A stretch of 64,000 nt of DNA, from NCBI GenBank assembly GCA_024231905.1, contig JAAEQC010000102.1, forward strand, positions 80,033-144,032, read 5' to 3'. Positions 9,781-19,736 of the stretch are shown here, piece by piece. A program made the position numbers and the translations under genes. The notes below the pieces were generated by a model, which was not told the origin of the DNA, made no database searches, and worked only from the letters and a program-made list of their open reading frames with translations. Origin of the DNA: a bacterium (GTDB taxonomy: Bacteria; Krumholzibacteriota; Krumholzibacteriia; LZORAL124-64-63). The stretch's first letter is position 1; each line of letters begins with the position of its first letter.

Positions 9781-9808
9781 TTGACGTGCGGGCCCGTGGG
9801 GCTACACT
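9781..9808 (+). promoter_or_regulatory. Sigma-70-like promoter candidate upstream of yjbQ-like gene
   Basis: TTGACG, 16 nt spacer, TACACT, about 50 nt upstream of the ATG at 9858. Confidence 0.3.
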
Positions 9809-9857
9809 GGCGCAGATACCGGAATTCCGGTAGGACCTTGCCGTGAGGAGCCACGCC

Positions 9858-10274
9858 ATGATCCACGCCGAGACGATTACCATCCCCAGCCGCGGTTTCA
9901 GCCACGTCCACGACGTCACGCCGCAGGTGCGCCGGATCGCCCGGGCATCGGGCATGGCCGAGGGCCTGGTCAACGTCTTCATGGTGGGTTCCACCGGTTC
10001 GGTGACCACCATCGAGTTCGAGCCCGCCTTGGTCGCGGACATGGAGGAGGCCCTGGAAAAGCTCTGGCCCCGGGACATGCCCACCCGCCACGGCGACACC
10101 TGGGGCGACGATAACGGTTTTTCCCATTTGCGGGCCTCGTTCCTGGGACCCAACATTACGGTACCCCTGCACCGGGGCGACCTGGTGCTGGGCACCTGGC
10201 AGCAGATCGTGGCCATCGACCACGACAACGGACCTCGCGACCGGCAGATCTTCGTGCAGGTCGTTGGGGAGTAG
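9858..10274 (+). CDS. YjbQ/UPF0047 family protein (secondary thiamine-phosphate synthase-like), copy 1
   Basis: 138 aa with family-typical length and conserved blocks (HTTAGVTINE-like; GTWQQIV...). RBS GAGGAG. Confidence 0.75.
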   Translation: MIHAETITIPSRGFSHVHDVTPQVRRIARASGMAEGLVNVFMVGSTGSVTTIEFEPALVADMEEALEKLWPRDMPTRHGDTWGDDNGFSHLRASFLGPNITVPLHRGDLVLGTWQQIVAIDHDNGPRDRQIFVQVVGE

Positions 10275-10293
10275 CCGTCACCGGAGGAATACC

Positions 10294-11601
10294 ATGTCCG
10301 GACCCAGCCTTTCCGCCCACTTCGCTTCGCGCCAGCCGTCGGTGATCCGCCTGGCCCAGATCGAGTTTGCCAAGCGCCAGGACGAGGTCGAAGACCTGAA
10401 CGTGGCCATCGGCAACGTCTCTTTGCCCATGCACCCGGCTATGCAGGCGCGCATGCGCACCCTCGGCGACCCGGGCAGTCCCTTCGCTGAGGGAGTCGTG
10501 GGCTACAGCGCCACCGTGGGCCTGGCCGAGACCAACGCCGCCTTCCTGAACATCATCGCCGCCAGCGGTTGCGACACGGCGGGGCTCCACAGCCAGATCA
10601 CCGACGGGGGCAGCCAGGCCATGGAACTGGTGGTCGTGGGTTGCTGCGGTCCCGCCGGCAGCGACGAGAAACCCTTGCTGCTCATCGACGCCGCCTACAC
10701 CAACTACAAGGCGTTCGCCGAGCGCGTGGGCCGCGACACCGCCTCCATCACCCGCACTCTGGGTGACGACGGCCGCTTCAGCCTGCCGGATCGTGCGGAG
10801 ATCGCGTCAACCATCGCCGCCACGAAACCCGGCGCCATGGTCGTCATCCCTTACGACAACCCCACCGGGCAACTCTACGACCGGGCGGCGCTCATCGGAC
10901 TGGCCCAGCTGTGCGTCGAGCACGACCTGTGGCTCATCAGCGACGAGGCCTACCGCGAGCTGTACTACGTGGGCGACGAGGCCGTGAGCGTGTGGTCGCT
11001 CACCGAGGAAGAAGTGCCGGGCATCACCGGCCGCCGCATCAGCATCGAGACCTCCAGCAAGGTGTGGAATGCCTGCGGCCTGAGGATCGGCGGCCTGGTC
11101 ACGGACAGCCCCGAGTTCCACGCCCGGGCCGTGGCGGAGAACACGGCCGGGCTGTGTTCCAATGTCATCGGGCAATACATCTTCGGCGGGTTGGCCGGCG
11201 AGTCCCACGCGGACCTGCAACGGTGGTTCGCCGACCAGCGGGCCTACTACGGCGGCATGCTCGAGGACTTCACGCGCCGCACGCGCGACCTGCTGCCGGG
11301 CGTCATCGTCTCCAGCCCCGATGCCTCCATCTACTCGGTGGTGGACTTCCGGAACGCGGCGCCGGCGGACTTCGACGCCCTGGATTTCGTACTCTTCTGT
11401 TCACGGGAGGGTTCGGTGGAGGTGGATGGCCGTTTGCGGACGTTGCTGGCCGCGCCCATGGCTGGTTTCTACAGCGTCCCCGCGGGCGAACCCAACCCCG
11501 GACGGACCCAGTTGCGCATCGCCTACGTGGCGCCCCCGGCGGAGATGGCCCTGGTGCCGGACCTGCTGGCGGGGCTCCTGGAGACGTACCTGGCCCGCTG
11601 A
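10294..11601 (+). CDS. Class I/II pyridoxal-phosphate aminotransferase
   Basis: 435 aa. PYDNPTG and SKVWNACGLRIGG (PLP-lysine motif region). RBS GGAGGA. Confidence 0.8.
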   Translation: MSGPSLSAHFASRQPSVIRLAQIEFAKRQDEVEDLNVAIGNVSLPMHPAMQARMRTLGDPGSPFAEGVVGYSATVGLAETNAAFLNIIAASGCDTAGLHSQITDGGSQAMELVVVGCCGPAGSDEKPLLLIDAAYTNYKAFAERVGRDTASITRTLGDDGRFSLPDRAEIASTIAATKPGAMVVIPYDNPTGQLYDRAALIGLAQLCVEHDLWLISDEAYRELYYVGDEAVSVWSLTEEEVPGITGRRISIETSSKVWNACGLRIGGLVTDSPEFHARAVAENTAGLCSNVIGQYIFGGLAGESHADLQRWFADQRAYYGGMLEDFTRRTRDLLPGVIVSSPDASIYSVVDFRNAAPADFDALDFVLFCSREGSVEVDGRLRTLLAAPMAGFYSVPAGEPNPGRTQLRIAYVAPPAEMALVPDLLAGLLETYLAR

Positions 11602-11616
11602 ACCGGCGACGCGACG

Positions 11617-11650
11617 AGAAGGCCCCCCGGACCGCGATCCGGGGGGCCTT
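11617..11650. terminator. Bidirectional GC hairpin terminator between convergent genes
   Basis: aggccccccgg-accgcgat-ccggggggcct, a 12-bp perfect stem. Confidence 0.45.
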
Positions 11651-11670
11651 CGTACGTCATGCTGGATCGG

Positions 11671-12156
11671 TCAGAAAGCGTAGCCGAAGGCCGCGCCGCC
11701 CATGGGCTGGAAGCCGTCCTTGGTCACCGCCGGGGTGAAGGCCAGCCGGTAGGTGAAGCCGTAGTGCCCGAGGAAGCGGTAGCCGAAGGTGCCCGTGCCC
11801 ACCACCTGGTTCTCGGCCACGTCCAGGTAGGTGTCGTCCGTGGACGTGTCGTCGATGTTCACGTAGGCGCCGCCGATGCCGAATTCCAGGAAGTTGCGGT
11901 CGTCGACGGCCATGAGGTAGCTCATGCCGAAGGGCGTGACCAGGCCCTGCCGGAACACGGCGCCCGTGCCGCCGATGCCCACCCGGATCGTGATCTTCTC
12001 GGCCAGGATCTTCTCGAAGTTCACCGACAGTTCGCCGCCGTGCCCGAAGAACTCGGCGTAGATGCTGGTCTCCTTGTCGTAGAAACTCTGGGCGGAGGCG
12101 GTGCCGTTGCCCGCCAGCAGCAGGAGCACGGCGCCGACGATCAGGACGTTCTTCAT
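11671..12156 (-). CDS. Small secreted outer-membrane beta-barrel-like protein
   Basis: Signal peptide, alternating hydrophobic beta-strand pattern and a C-terminal aromatic residue (…FGYAF). ATGA overlap with the upstream gene. Confidence 0.55.
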   Translation of the reverse strand: MKNVLIVGAVLLLLAGNGTASAQSFYDKETSIYAEFFGHGGELSVNFEKILAEKITIRVGIGGTGAVFRQGLVTPFGMSYLMAVDDRNFLEFGIGGAYVNIDDTSTDDTYLDVAENQVVGTGTFGYRFLGHYGFTYRLAFTPAVTKDGFQPMGGAAFGYAF

Positions 12157-12839
12157 GTGTCATCTCCCATGGTCAGGGCGGCGCGCTCGAAATCCGAGGC
12201 GGCCGCCAGGGTGAGCGGTTCGTCCAAGAGGTCGGCGGCGACTTCCGGACCGAAGGTCAGGGTCTCGAGGCCGGCGGCGGCCAGGTCGACCACCACGGCG
12301 GCCGAACGCAGGCTGGCCGCCAGCAGGCGCAGGCGTGAACCCGTGTTCCGCAGCAGGCGCTGCATCTCCAACAGGATGGCGCGACCGTCGCGGCCGGCGT
12401 CGTCCAGGCGGCCCAGGTAGGGGGCGGCGTAGGCTGCGCCCAGGCCGGCGGCGGCCAGCACCTGGGCCGGAGCGTAGACGGCGGTCATGGTCACGGTAGC
12501 TCCCGAGGCCACCAGTTCGCCGGCAGCCAGGAAGCCCTCGCCGGTGGCGGGCACTTTCACGGCGACGGCGAGCCCGGCGTCGATGGCGGCGAGCCGGGCA
12601 CCCCGGTCGGCCATCTCCACGGCGTCTTCGCCCCAGGTCTGCAGGTGGATCTCCATGGCGCCCAGGGCCGCGGCCTGGGCGGCCAGATCCGCCAGGTTGC
12701 CGACGGTGCACCGCTGGCCGGATCGTTCCAGCAGGAGCGGATTCGTGGTCACGCCGTGGTAGATGCCCGTGGGCAGATACTCGGCCCAGGCGTCCGGGTC
12801 CGCGCTGTCGAGATAGAGTCTGGGGCCCGCCCCGTTCAT
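12153..12839 (-). CDS. Transaldolase / fructose-6-phosphate aldolase family protein (short type)
   Basis: LYLDSADP...GVTTNP, AVKVP (Schiff-base Lys region), AAPYLGRLDD, 228 aa. Confidence 0.75.
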   Translation of the reverse strand: MNGAGPRLYLDSADPDAWAEYLPTGIYHGVTTNPLLLERSGQRCTVGNLADLAAQAAALGAMEIHLQTWGEDAVEMADRGARLAAIDAGLAVAVKVPATGEGFLAAGELVASGATVTMTAVYAPAQVLAAAGLGAAYAAPYLGRLDDAGRDGRAILLEMQRLLRNTGSRLRLLAASLRSAAVVVDLAAAGLETLTFGPEVAADLLDEPLTLAAASDFERAALTMGDDT

Positions 12840-13564
12840 GCCGTTGCTCCCTGGTCGTCGTCTCCGAAGAGGTCGAGTTGGTCGCCCGTGTCGTCGTCGA
12901 CCGCCTCGAGGCAGTCCGGTTCGTCGCAGGACGGGCTGTTCACGCGGCGGCTCACCGGGTGGGCGAGCAGAAGGTCCGCGGGTGCCGGTTTCAACAGACC
13001 GGCCACCTGGTCGAGACTAGCGTCCGGCAGGTCGCACCACAATCGCCAATCCGCCGCCGGCAGGATCACCGGCATACGGTGATGGATCGGACGCATGACC
13101 TCGTTGGCCGCGGTGGTGACGATGGCGCAGGTCTCCACCTCCCGGCCGTCCGGACCCCGCCAGGTCTCCCAGAGGCCGGCCAGGGCGAAGAGGTCCGCGT
13201 CGGGCCGACGGAAGAGGTAGGGACGACGGGGCCCCGGGCCCGGTCGCCACTCGTAGAATCCGTTCACGGGAATGAGACAGCGTCGGCGGGCGAAGGCCTC
13301 TCGGAAGGCGGGCTTCTCACGCACGGTCTCGCCCCGGGCGTTGATGAGCTGGCGACCCGCTTTGGGTCCCTCGCTCCAGGGTGGGACCAGGCCCCAACGC
13401 ATGGCCCGCAGGATGCGGTGTTCGGCCCGCGGGTCGGCCGCCACCACGGCGATGTCCGTGCCCGGGGCGATGTTGTAGCGCGGCAGGAGATCCGGCTCCA
13501 GGTCCAGGTAGAAACGCTCGGCCAGGACATGGGGAGCGGAGGTCAGGTTGATGCGGCCGCACAT
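12836..13564 (-). CDS. SOS-response-associated peptidase (SRAP/YedK/HMCES family, abasic-site DNA-protein crosslink)
   Basis: N-terminal MCGR (catalytic Cys2) and conserved SRAP blocks (YNIAPG, MRWGLVP, NARGET, PVNGFYEW, MPVIL). Confidence 0.8.
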   Translation of the reverse strand: MCGRINLTSAPHVLAERFYLDLEPDLLPRYNIAPGTDIAVVAADPRAEHRILRAMRWGLVPPWSEGPKAGRQLINARGETVREKPAFREAFARRRCLIPVNGFYEWRPGPGPRRPYLFRRPDADLFALAGLWETWRGPDGREVETCAIVTTAANEVMRPIHHRMPVILPAADWRLWCDLPDASLDQVAGLLKPAPADLLLAHPVSRRVNSPSCDEPDCLEAVDDDTGDQLDLFGDDDQGATA

Positions 13565-13650
13565 GGGGATCCCTTCCGGTCCGCGGCGCGTCCGCGGGCC
13601 GATGGGATGATAGGGCAGGTGGTCGGGTTCGGCCAGATGCCGGAGTCGGA

Positions 13651-15003
13651 TCAGGCGCCGAGCAGGAGCTTGGCCACGGCCGGAGCTTCCTCCTCGGCCA
13701 GGTCCACTGCGAGCATGGCGTCCTGGCCCAGGAGGGCGCCGTCCTCGTCGTGGGTGATCTTCACCCGGGGCCGCTCGATGTCGTCGCCCGCGGCCATGAT
13801 GATGCCCGCGGTGCCGTCCGAGAGAACGACTTTCTGGCCCGGCGGGTAGAGTCCGACCGCCTTGACGAGGGCGTGCATGGCGGCGGGGGAGTAGGCGTCC
13901 CGATCCTTGAGCATGATCTCGTAGGCGTGCCGCGGGGTCATGGCCCGCTTGTAGGGACGGATGGCGGTCAAGGCCTCGAAGACATCGCACGTGTGGACGA
14001 GCTGGGTGAGTTCGCTGGTGCGATCACCGTGGGGCATCTTCGGGTAGCCGCCGCCGTCGTAGCGGCGGTGGTGGCCCCAGGCGATGGCCACGGCCAGGGG
14101 CGTGGCGTCGTTGCTGTCCAGCAGCATACGGGCGCCTTCTTCCGGGTGCGTCTCGATGATCAGGCGCTCTTCGGCGTCGAGCCGGCCGGGCTTGAAGAGG
14201 ACTTCCTGGGGGATCTTGCCCTTGCCTACGTCGTGCAGCAGGCCGGCGGCGCCCAGTTCGCAGAGCAGGTTCTCCTCGAGTCCCGCGGCGCGTCCGACCA
14301 GGATGGACAGCATGGCCACCCGCACCGAATGGCCCACGGTGTAGGTGTCGCAGTCCGGGTAGTTGACCAGGTTCATGATGTCGGTGCTGCCGGTGCGGCT
14401 GACCTTCACCAGGGACTCGCCCACCGAGCGCGCCTCGTCGATCTGCAGGTCGCGGCTCATGGCCGCGTGCATGTGGGCGTGCTCCACGGTGGAGAACATG
14501 GCCTGGTAGACCGCGAGCAGGGTCTCGATGTCGCTGTGGGTCTCGTCGGCCAGGTCGATGCTCTCCTGGCTCGTGCCGTAGTTGCGGTAGGGCGGCGAGA
14601 GATTGATCAGGCCGATGCCGTTGGCGGCCAGGAGTTGCCGACTGGCCTCGAGCCCCCCGGGCGCCTCCTCGGTCTCGGCGGCCAGGGTGAAGAAGCGGAC
14701 CAGCTCCGAAGCCTCGATGCGGGCGTCGATCTCGTAGCCGCCGGCCTCCAGCAGTTCCGCGAAGGACGTGAGCTGCCGGCCCACCACCGTGGAACCCACC
14801 AGGTACCGTCCGTCGTGGACCAGCTTGCCTTCCACCACGCCCAGCAGGAAGGAGGAAACCTCTTCCTCGGCCAGCAGGCGCCCCAGCAGGTCGACGAATT
14901 CCGTGGCGCACTGCTTGACGTTGGGGTGGCCGTCGAAGTACATGCGTCGTTGGCTGATACCGCGGGCCAGGAGCGTGGCCAGATCCGCGTAGTTGCCTGC
15001 CAT
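13651..15003 (-). CDS. HD-GYP domain c-di-GMP phosphodiesterase
   Basis: HDVGK...HH..YDGGGYPK motif set. The ATG at 15001-15003 overlaps the upstream stop (ATGA). AGGAAGG RBS. Confidence 0.8.
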   Translation of the reverse strand: MAGNYADLATLLARGISQRRMYFDGHPNVKQCATEFVDLLGRLLAEEEVSSFLLGVVEGKLVHDGRYLVGSTVVGRQLTSFAELLEAGGYEIDARIEASELVRFFTLAAETEEAPGGLEASRQLLAANGIGLINLSPPYRNYGTSQESIDLADETHSDIETLLAVYQAMFSTVEHAHMHAAMSRDLQIDEARSVGESLVKVSRTGSTDIMNLVNYPDCDTYTVGHSVRVAMLSILVGRAAGLEENLLCELGAAGLLHDVGKGKIPQEVLFKPGRLDAEERLIIETHPEEGARMLLDSNDATPLAVAIAWGHHRRYDGGGYPKMPHGDRTSELTQLVHTCDVFEALTAIRPYKRAMTPRHAYEIMLKDRDAYSPAAMHALVKAVGLYPPGQKVVLSDGTAGIIMAAGDDIERPRVKITHDEDGALLGQDAMLAVDLAEEEAPAVAKLLLGA

Positions 15004-16955
15004 CAGTCGTCTTCCTTCCTCTCGCGCATGGCTACCGCCGCGGTGGCCAGGGCTCGGGACGCTGCCTCGCGGGCTTCCTGGGGCCAGGCCTTGAACAGGA
15101 GCATCCGGCGTTCGTCCGAGATGCGTTCCAACAGCCGCCGACCCGAGGCTGGGCAGTGGCGTCCAATGATGTCCAGGACCTCCGTCAGCCAGGGTTCCGA
15201 CCGCTCGGTCGCCTTGAGTCCGGACACCCGGCGCCGCAGTTCGTCGAGCACTTCGGAAGCCGGCGCCGCGTTGTGATCGCTCGACGCCTTCAACCACTCG
15301 GCGTAGGCCTTGCGTTGTTTGCCGCGGAAGGGACCGAGGGCGGCGGCGATGGTGCGCATCTGTCGGTCGGGGCCTCCGCGCACCAGGCCGTCCTGCAGCC
15401 AGCCGCCGAAGACCTTGCCACGGGACGTCAGCAGCAGGACCGAGTACACGGGAAAATAGCGACGCTCGGGACGGCTGCAGAAATCGAAGCCGCTGCGCAC
15501 TTCGCCGAAGATGGCCAGGCGCTCCAGGCGCCGGCCGATGTCTGGATCCTCCAGGGCGCTGGGGCTCGTCACGAGGGTTTGCATGAGGCGCAGGTCGTCG
15601 CGCCCTTCGACAGTGTCGGCCAGGAATTCGCCGACCAGGTGCGGCCAGACCGCCGCGTGCAGGCCGGGGCGGTTTTCGCTGCAGACGCGCCCCCAGAAGG
15701 AGATGACGGCCCTTATGCCCCGTTCGCGGATCACCGAAGCGATGCGCTCGATCACCGGGTCGACCGCCGCCAGGTCGTCCGCTTCCAGCAGGGAGCCTAC
15801 CGCCTCGTGGAGTTCGGTGTCGTATTCGGGTTCCGGGTGGCCGGCCACGATGCGCGTGACCTCGGCCAAGGCCCGCGTGCGGCCGAAGGCATCCCCGCCC
15901 TTGCTCAGGAAATTCAGGTAGATGAAGAGATCTTCCGTGTCGGCGCGCGATTCGAAGCACTGGTCGCCGGCCTCGAACGAGGAAAGCTCATGGCGCAGTT
16001 CCTCCAGGGGCAGGTCGTATTCGGAATCGTCGGTAAGACAGCGGGGATCGACCTCGGCGTCCCCCTCCTCGAAGTCCGCCCCGGCGTGGGAGCCGAGGGC
16101 CTTGAGCAGGACCTGGGCCGCTGCGCGGTCGATACCGGCCTCCATGTCGTCGGCCGCTTCGCGGATCGCTTCGGCCAGGCGCGAGAGATCTCCGTCCTGG
16201 TCGAGCATGCGCCGCAAGGCGCCACCCACCGAACGGGCCCCCTCGGCCAACCGGTGATCCTTGTCCGCGTCCTGGGGACGGGTGGCGGGATCCGTGTCCG
16301 GCGCGACGATGTCGGTGCTGCGGGCCATGAGCACGGTGAAGAGTTCCTGCAGGGTCTCGCGGCAGTCCTGGAGAACGTTTTCGTGGGTGCCCCGGGAAGA
16401 GAGCTCGTCGAGGATGGCGTCCACGGCCTCGCCGATGCTGGCCGCGCCGGCCTCGGCCCACTGCTTGGCGAAGACCTTGGGCACCACCTGCACCGTGTCG
16501 GGCAGGTGCGCGAAGTCCGCCTCGGCCAGATGACCCGTGTCGTCGGCCTCCCGCCGATGGCCCAGGAGGGAGGTGGACAGGTCGTGGAGGGCCGCTTCGG
16601 TGGCCTGGGGGTGGATCGTGATCCGGTGCAGCCCCAGTTTCTCCATGAGGCTCGCCACGCGTTCCACGCCGCGGGATGCAGCGTCGAGCAGGACCGGTCC
16701 GATCCGCAACTGATCGCCGGCTTCGATGATGACGAAGGCCTCGCGATCAGCAGTCAGGGCCGCGCGGAAATTGTCGGAAGCAGCGGTGAAGTTGACATGC
16801 CCGGGCGGATAGAGCGCGCCACTGGTCAGCAGCTTGTCCAGCAGCATCATCATCTCGGACGCGGGCGGGGCGTCCATCAGGCCGGTGGCTTGACCGGTCT
16901 GGTTCGGCGTGTCGAAAGCTGGGGACATGGTGGCGAATTCCCTCCTCGTATGCAC
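15003..16955 (-). CDS. Hypothetical protein (about 640-650 aa), no recognisable domain, translationally coupled to the HD-GYP gene
   Basis: Long ORF with coding-like codon usage. Start is either GTG at 16955 or ATG at 16928, which follows GAGGAGGG. The stop overlaps the HD-GYP start. Confidence 0.5.
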   Translation of the reverse strand: MHTRREFATMSPAFDTPNQTGQATGLMDAPPASEMMMLLDKLLTSGALYPPGHVNFTAASDNFRAALTADREAFVIIEAGDQLRIGPVLLDAASRGVERVASLMEKLGLHRITIHPQATEAALHDLSTSLLGHRREADDTGHLAEADFAHLPDTVQVVPKVFAKQWAEAGAASIGEAVDAILDELSSRGTHENVLQDCRETLQELFTVLMARSTDIVAPDTDPATRPQDADKDHRLAEGARSVGGALRRMLDQDGDLSRLAEAIREAADDMEAGIDRAAAQVLLKALGSHAGADFEEGDAEVDPRCLTDDSEYDLPLEELRHELSSFEAGDQCFESRADTEDLFIYLNFLSKGGDAFGRTRALAEVTRIVAGHPEPEYDTELHEAVGSLLEADDLAAVDPVIERIASVIRERGIRAVISFWGRVCSENRPGLHAAVWPHLVGEFLADTVEGRDDLRLMQTLVTSPSALEDPDIGRRLERLAIFGEVRSGFDFCSRPERRYFPVYSVLLLTSRGKVFGGWLQDGLVRGGPDRQMRTIAAALGPFRGKQRKAYAEWLKASSDHNAAPASEVLDELRRRVSGLKATERSEPWLTEVLDIIGRHCPASGRRLLERISDERRMLLFKAWPQEAREAASRALATAAVAMRERKEDD

Positions 16956-17147
16956 CGCGGGCCGTAGCCACGGTCCGGCGGAGTCCTCCAGCTATGTGAT
17001 CGGCGTTGATCTGGACGACCTTGAGGGGGAAATGGTGTTGCCAGAAGCTCCGTATTCGGCTCCTGGCGGGTCTTTGGGCCCAGGCGGACACTGCTTCCGG
17101 TGGCCCCCCGGGTTCCCGCGGGCGCCGATCCGTGGTATCAACGTGCC

Positions 17148-18317
17148 ATGGAAGAACCGCGCGCGATCCTCCACGTGGATATGGACGCCTTCTACGCCTC
17201 GGTCGAGGTGCTGGACGACCCGTCCCTGCGCGGTCTGCCGGTGATCGTGGGGGGGACGCCCGAGGGCCGGGGCGTGGTGTCGGCCGCCAGCTACGAGGCC
17301 CGGCGCTACGGGGTGCACAGCGCCATGAGCGCCGCCCGGGCGCGGCAACTGTGCCCGGACGGGGTCTTCCTGCGGGGCCGCATGGAGCGTTACGCGGAGA
17401 TCTCGGCGGCCATCTTCGACGTCATGCGGGACTTCACGCCCCTGGTGGAACCCCTGTCCATCGATGAGGCCTTCCTGGATGTGACCGGTTGCCGGCGGCT
17501 CTTCGGTCCCCCGGAACGGCTGGGCCGCGCCGTCAAGGACCGCATCGCCGCCGACCTGGGCCTGACCGCTTCTGTGGGCCTGGCCCCCAACAAGTTCCTG
17601 GCCAAGCTCGCCTCGGATCTGGACAAGCCCGACGGTTTCGTGGTGGTTCCGCGGGACGACGTGGCGGGCTTCCTGGCGCCCCTGGAGGTGACCCGTCTCT
17701 GGGGTGTGGGGCCGGCGACCGCCAAGTTGTTGGCGGACATGGGGATCCATAAGGTGGCGGACCTGCTGGCCCATCCCCGGGGGGCCCTGGTGGACCGCTG
17801 GGGCGACCACGCCCGCAAGCTGCTGGAACTGGCCGTGGGCCGGGACGAACGGCCGGTCATCCCGGACCACGAGGCCAAGTCCATCGGCAACGAGACCACC
17901 TTCGCCGTGGACGTGGCGGACCAGGAGCACCTGGAGGAGATCCTCGACCACCTGGCCGACAAGGTGGCCCGCCGCCTGCGGCGCCACGGCCTGAGCGCCC
18001 GTACGGTCACCCTCAAGGCGCGCTACACGGACTTCGAGACCCACACCCGCTCAGCCACACTGCCCGAGGCCACCGAACGCACGGTGGTGATTCGCGACGC
18101 GGCCCGGGACCTCCTGCGCCGGCGCCTGGGCCGTCGGGGCCGTCCCCTGCGCCTGGTGGGGGTGATGACCTCCAATCTCACCGGTGGTACTCCAGCCCAG
18201 GGCAAACTCTTCGCCGATCCCGAGCAGGAGCATCAGCGCACCCTGGACCAGGTCATGGACCGGGTCCACGAACGTTTCGGCGCCAAACTCCGCCGCGGCC
18301 TGAATCGCGACCGCTGA
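17148..18317 (+). CDS. dinB: DNA polymerase IV (Y-family translesion polymerase)
   Basis: ILHVDMDAFYASVE, SIDEAFLDVT and the rest of the Y-family palm and finger motifs. 389 aa. Confidence 0.85.
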   Translation: MEEPRAILHVDMDAFYASVEVLDDPSLRGLPVIVGGTPEGRGVVSAASYEARRYGVHSAMSAARARQLCPDGVFLRGRMERYAEISAAIFDVMRDFTPLVEPLSIDEAFLDVTGCRRLFGPPERLGRAVKDRIAADLGLTASVGLAPNKFLAKLASDLDKPDGFVVVPRDDVAGFLAPLEVTRLWGVGPATAKLLADMGIHKVADLLAHPRGALVDRWGDHARKLLELAVGRDERPVIPDHEAKSIGNETTFAVDVADQEHLEEILDHLADKVARRLRRHGLSARTVTLKARYTDFETHTRSATLPEATERTVVIRDAARDLLRRRLGRRGRPLRLVGVMTSNLTGGTPAQGKLFADPEQEHQRTLDQVMDRVHERFGAKLRRGLNRDR

Positions 18318-18440
18318 GTCTCGTCCGTATTTTCCATAGCCGATCGTTAAAGGACCGCGTTAGTCCGACGATAACGTGAACACGTACATCCGGCTACGCG
18401 ACCGGATTCCAGTCCTGATACGAGCGCCCGGGAGCGAATC

Positions 18441-19658
18441 ATGTCCGTCGACCGAGTCAAGGCCCGCATCATGACCGTCATGCGGAATCTGCCGCCCCTG
18501 CCGGAAGTGACCCGGCAGCTGATGGCGGTCATGGGCAACGAGGACTCTTCCGCGGCCGACGTGGCCAAGGTGCTCTCCGGCGACCAGGCCCTGGCCGGCA
18601 AGGTGCTCAAGATCGCCAACTCCTCCTTCTACGGCGTGCCCAACGAGGTGACGACCATCAGCCGCGCCGTGGTGATCATGGGCTTCACCGGCGTGCGCAA
18701 CATGGCCCTGGGCCTGGGCACCACCTCCGCCCTGCGCGAGATGAGCAGCAAGCTCGACATGAATTCCTTCTGGAGCCACGCCATGGCCAACGCGGCGGCG
18801 GCTCAGGTCCTGGCCCCGCATATGCAGCGCCGCATGGACCCGGAGGAGGCCTTCCTGGCCGGGCTCATGCACGACATCGGCGCCTACGTGCTGGCCGCCG
18901 CCGTGCCCGACGCCTATGCCGAGGCCCATGTGGGCGAGGAAGGCAGCATCCTGGAGCGCGAGCGCAACCACGTGGGCTTCACCCACACCCAGATCGGCCA
19001 GGGACTGCTGCAGTTCTGGCAACTGCCCGACCCCTTCGGCGAGGCGGCTCGTTTCCACCACGACGCGGACAAGGCATCCAGCGGCGACCAGCCCCTGACG
19101 AATCTCGTGGCCTTGGCCGACATCCTGGCCTGCATCCACGACGGCAGCTTCGAGGCTCCCGCCGGCGAGTCCGACCTGGGCCGTTTGATGATGGCTGCCG
19201 GCATCAGCACCGACAACATGATGGCCGCCATCGCCGGCATGAGCGCCAAGATCGACGACATGCAGGAGTTCATGCACATTGCGGGCGCCGCCGGCGCTAG
19301 CAAGGTCGAGAGCGCCGAGTTCGGCGCCGGATGCGTCGTCGTCACCACCGATGAGCAACGCCGCCAGTGGACCGAGGGGGTCCTCAAGTCCTTCGGTTAC
19401 GAACTCTGTCCCATGGATTCCTACTTCAACGGCGGTGCCGGCAGCGAAGGCGTGCGCCTGGCCATGGTCGACCCCCAGACCCTCACCCGCGAACAGACCG
19501 CGCGCCTGATGCCCTTCCTGTCCTCCCAGCCGGTCCAGGTGTGCGTCATGACGGATTCGGAAACGCCGCCGCCCCAGCACCTGGCCGAATATTCCCACCT
19601 GAATTTCATCTTCACGCGCCGCCAGCTCAACGCCTTGCTGGAGGAGACCTTCGTCTAG
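18441..19658 (+). CDS. HDOD-domain signalling protein
   Basis: LPPLPEV...KIANSSFYG...MHDIG, a typical HDOD signature. C-terminal 150 aa uncharacterised. Confidence 0.75.
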   Translation: MSVDRVKARIMTVMRNLPPLPEVTRQLMAVMGNEDSSAADVAKVLSGDQALAGKVLKIANSSFYGVPNEVTTISRAVVIMGFTGVRNMALGLGTTSALREMSSKLDMNSFWSHAMANAAAAQVLAPHMQRRMDPEEAFLAGLMHDIGAYVLAAAVPDAYAEAHVGEEGSILERERNHVGFTHTQIGQGLLQFWQLPDPFGEAARFHHDADKASSGDQPLTNLVALADILACIHDGSFEAPAGESDLGRLMMAAGISTDNMMAAIAGMSAKIDDMQEFMHIAGAAGASKVESAEFGAGCVVVTTDEQRRQWTEGVLKSFGYELCPMDSYFNGGAGSEGVRLAMVDPQTLTREQTARLMPFLSSQPVQVCVMTDSETPPPQHLAEYSHLNFIFTRRQLNALLEETFV

Positions 19659-19736
19659 CCCCGACCGCGGGTCCGTGTCGATCTCGCCTTGATCGGGAGG
19701 GATCCGTTTGCCATGCTCCGGTTCCGAAAGGAGCCT

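Noticed and set aside
16956-17147. LexA/SOS box upstream of dinB (and of the SRAP gene at 13565-13650).
   Set aside because: No CTGT-N8-ACAG, GAAC-N4-GTTC or GTTC-N7-GTTC type palindrome found by eye. The LexA motif of this lineage is unknown to me.
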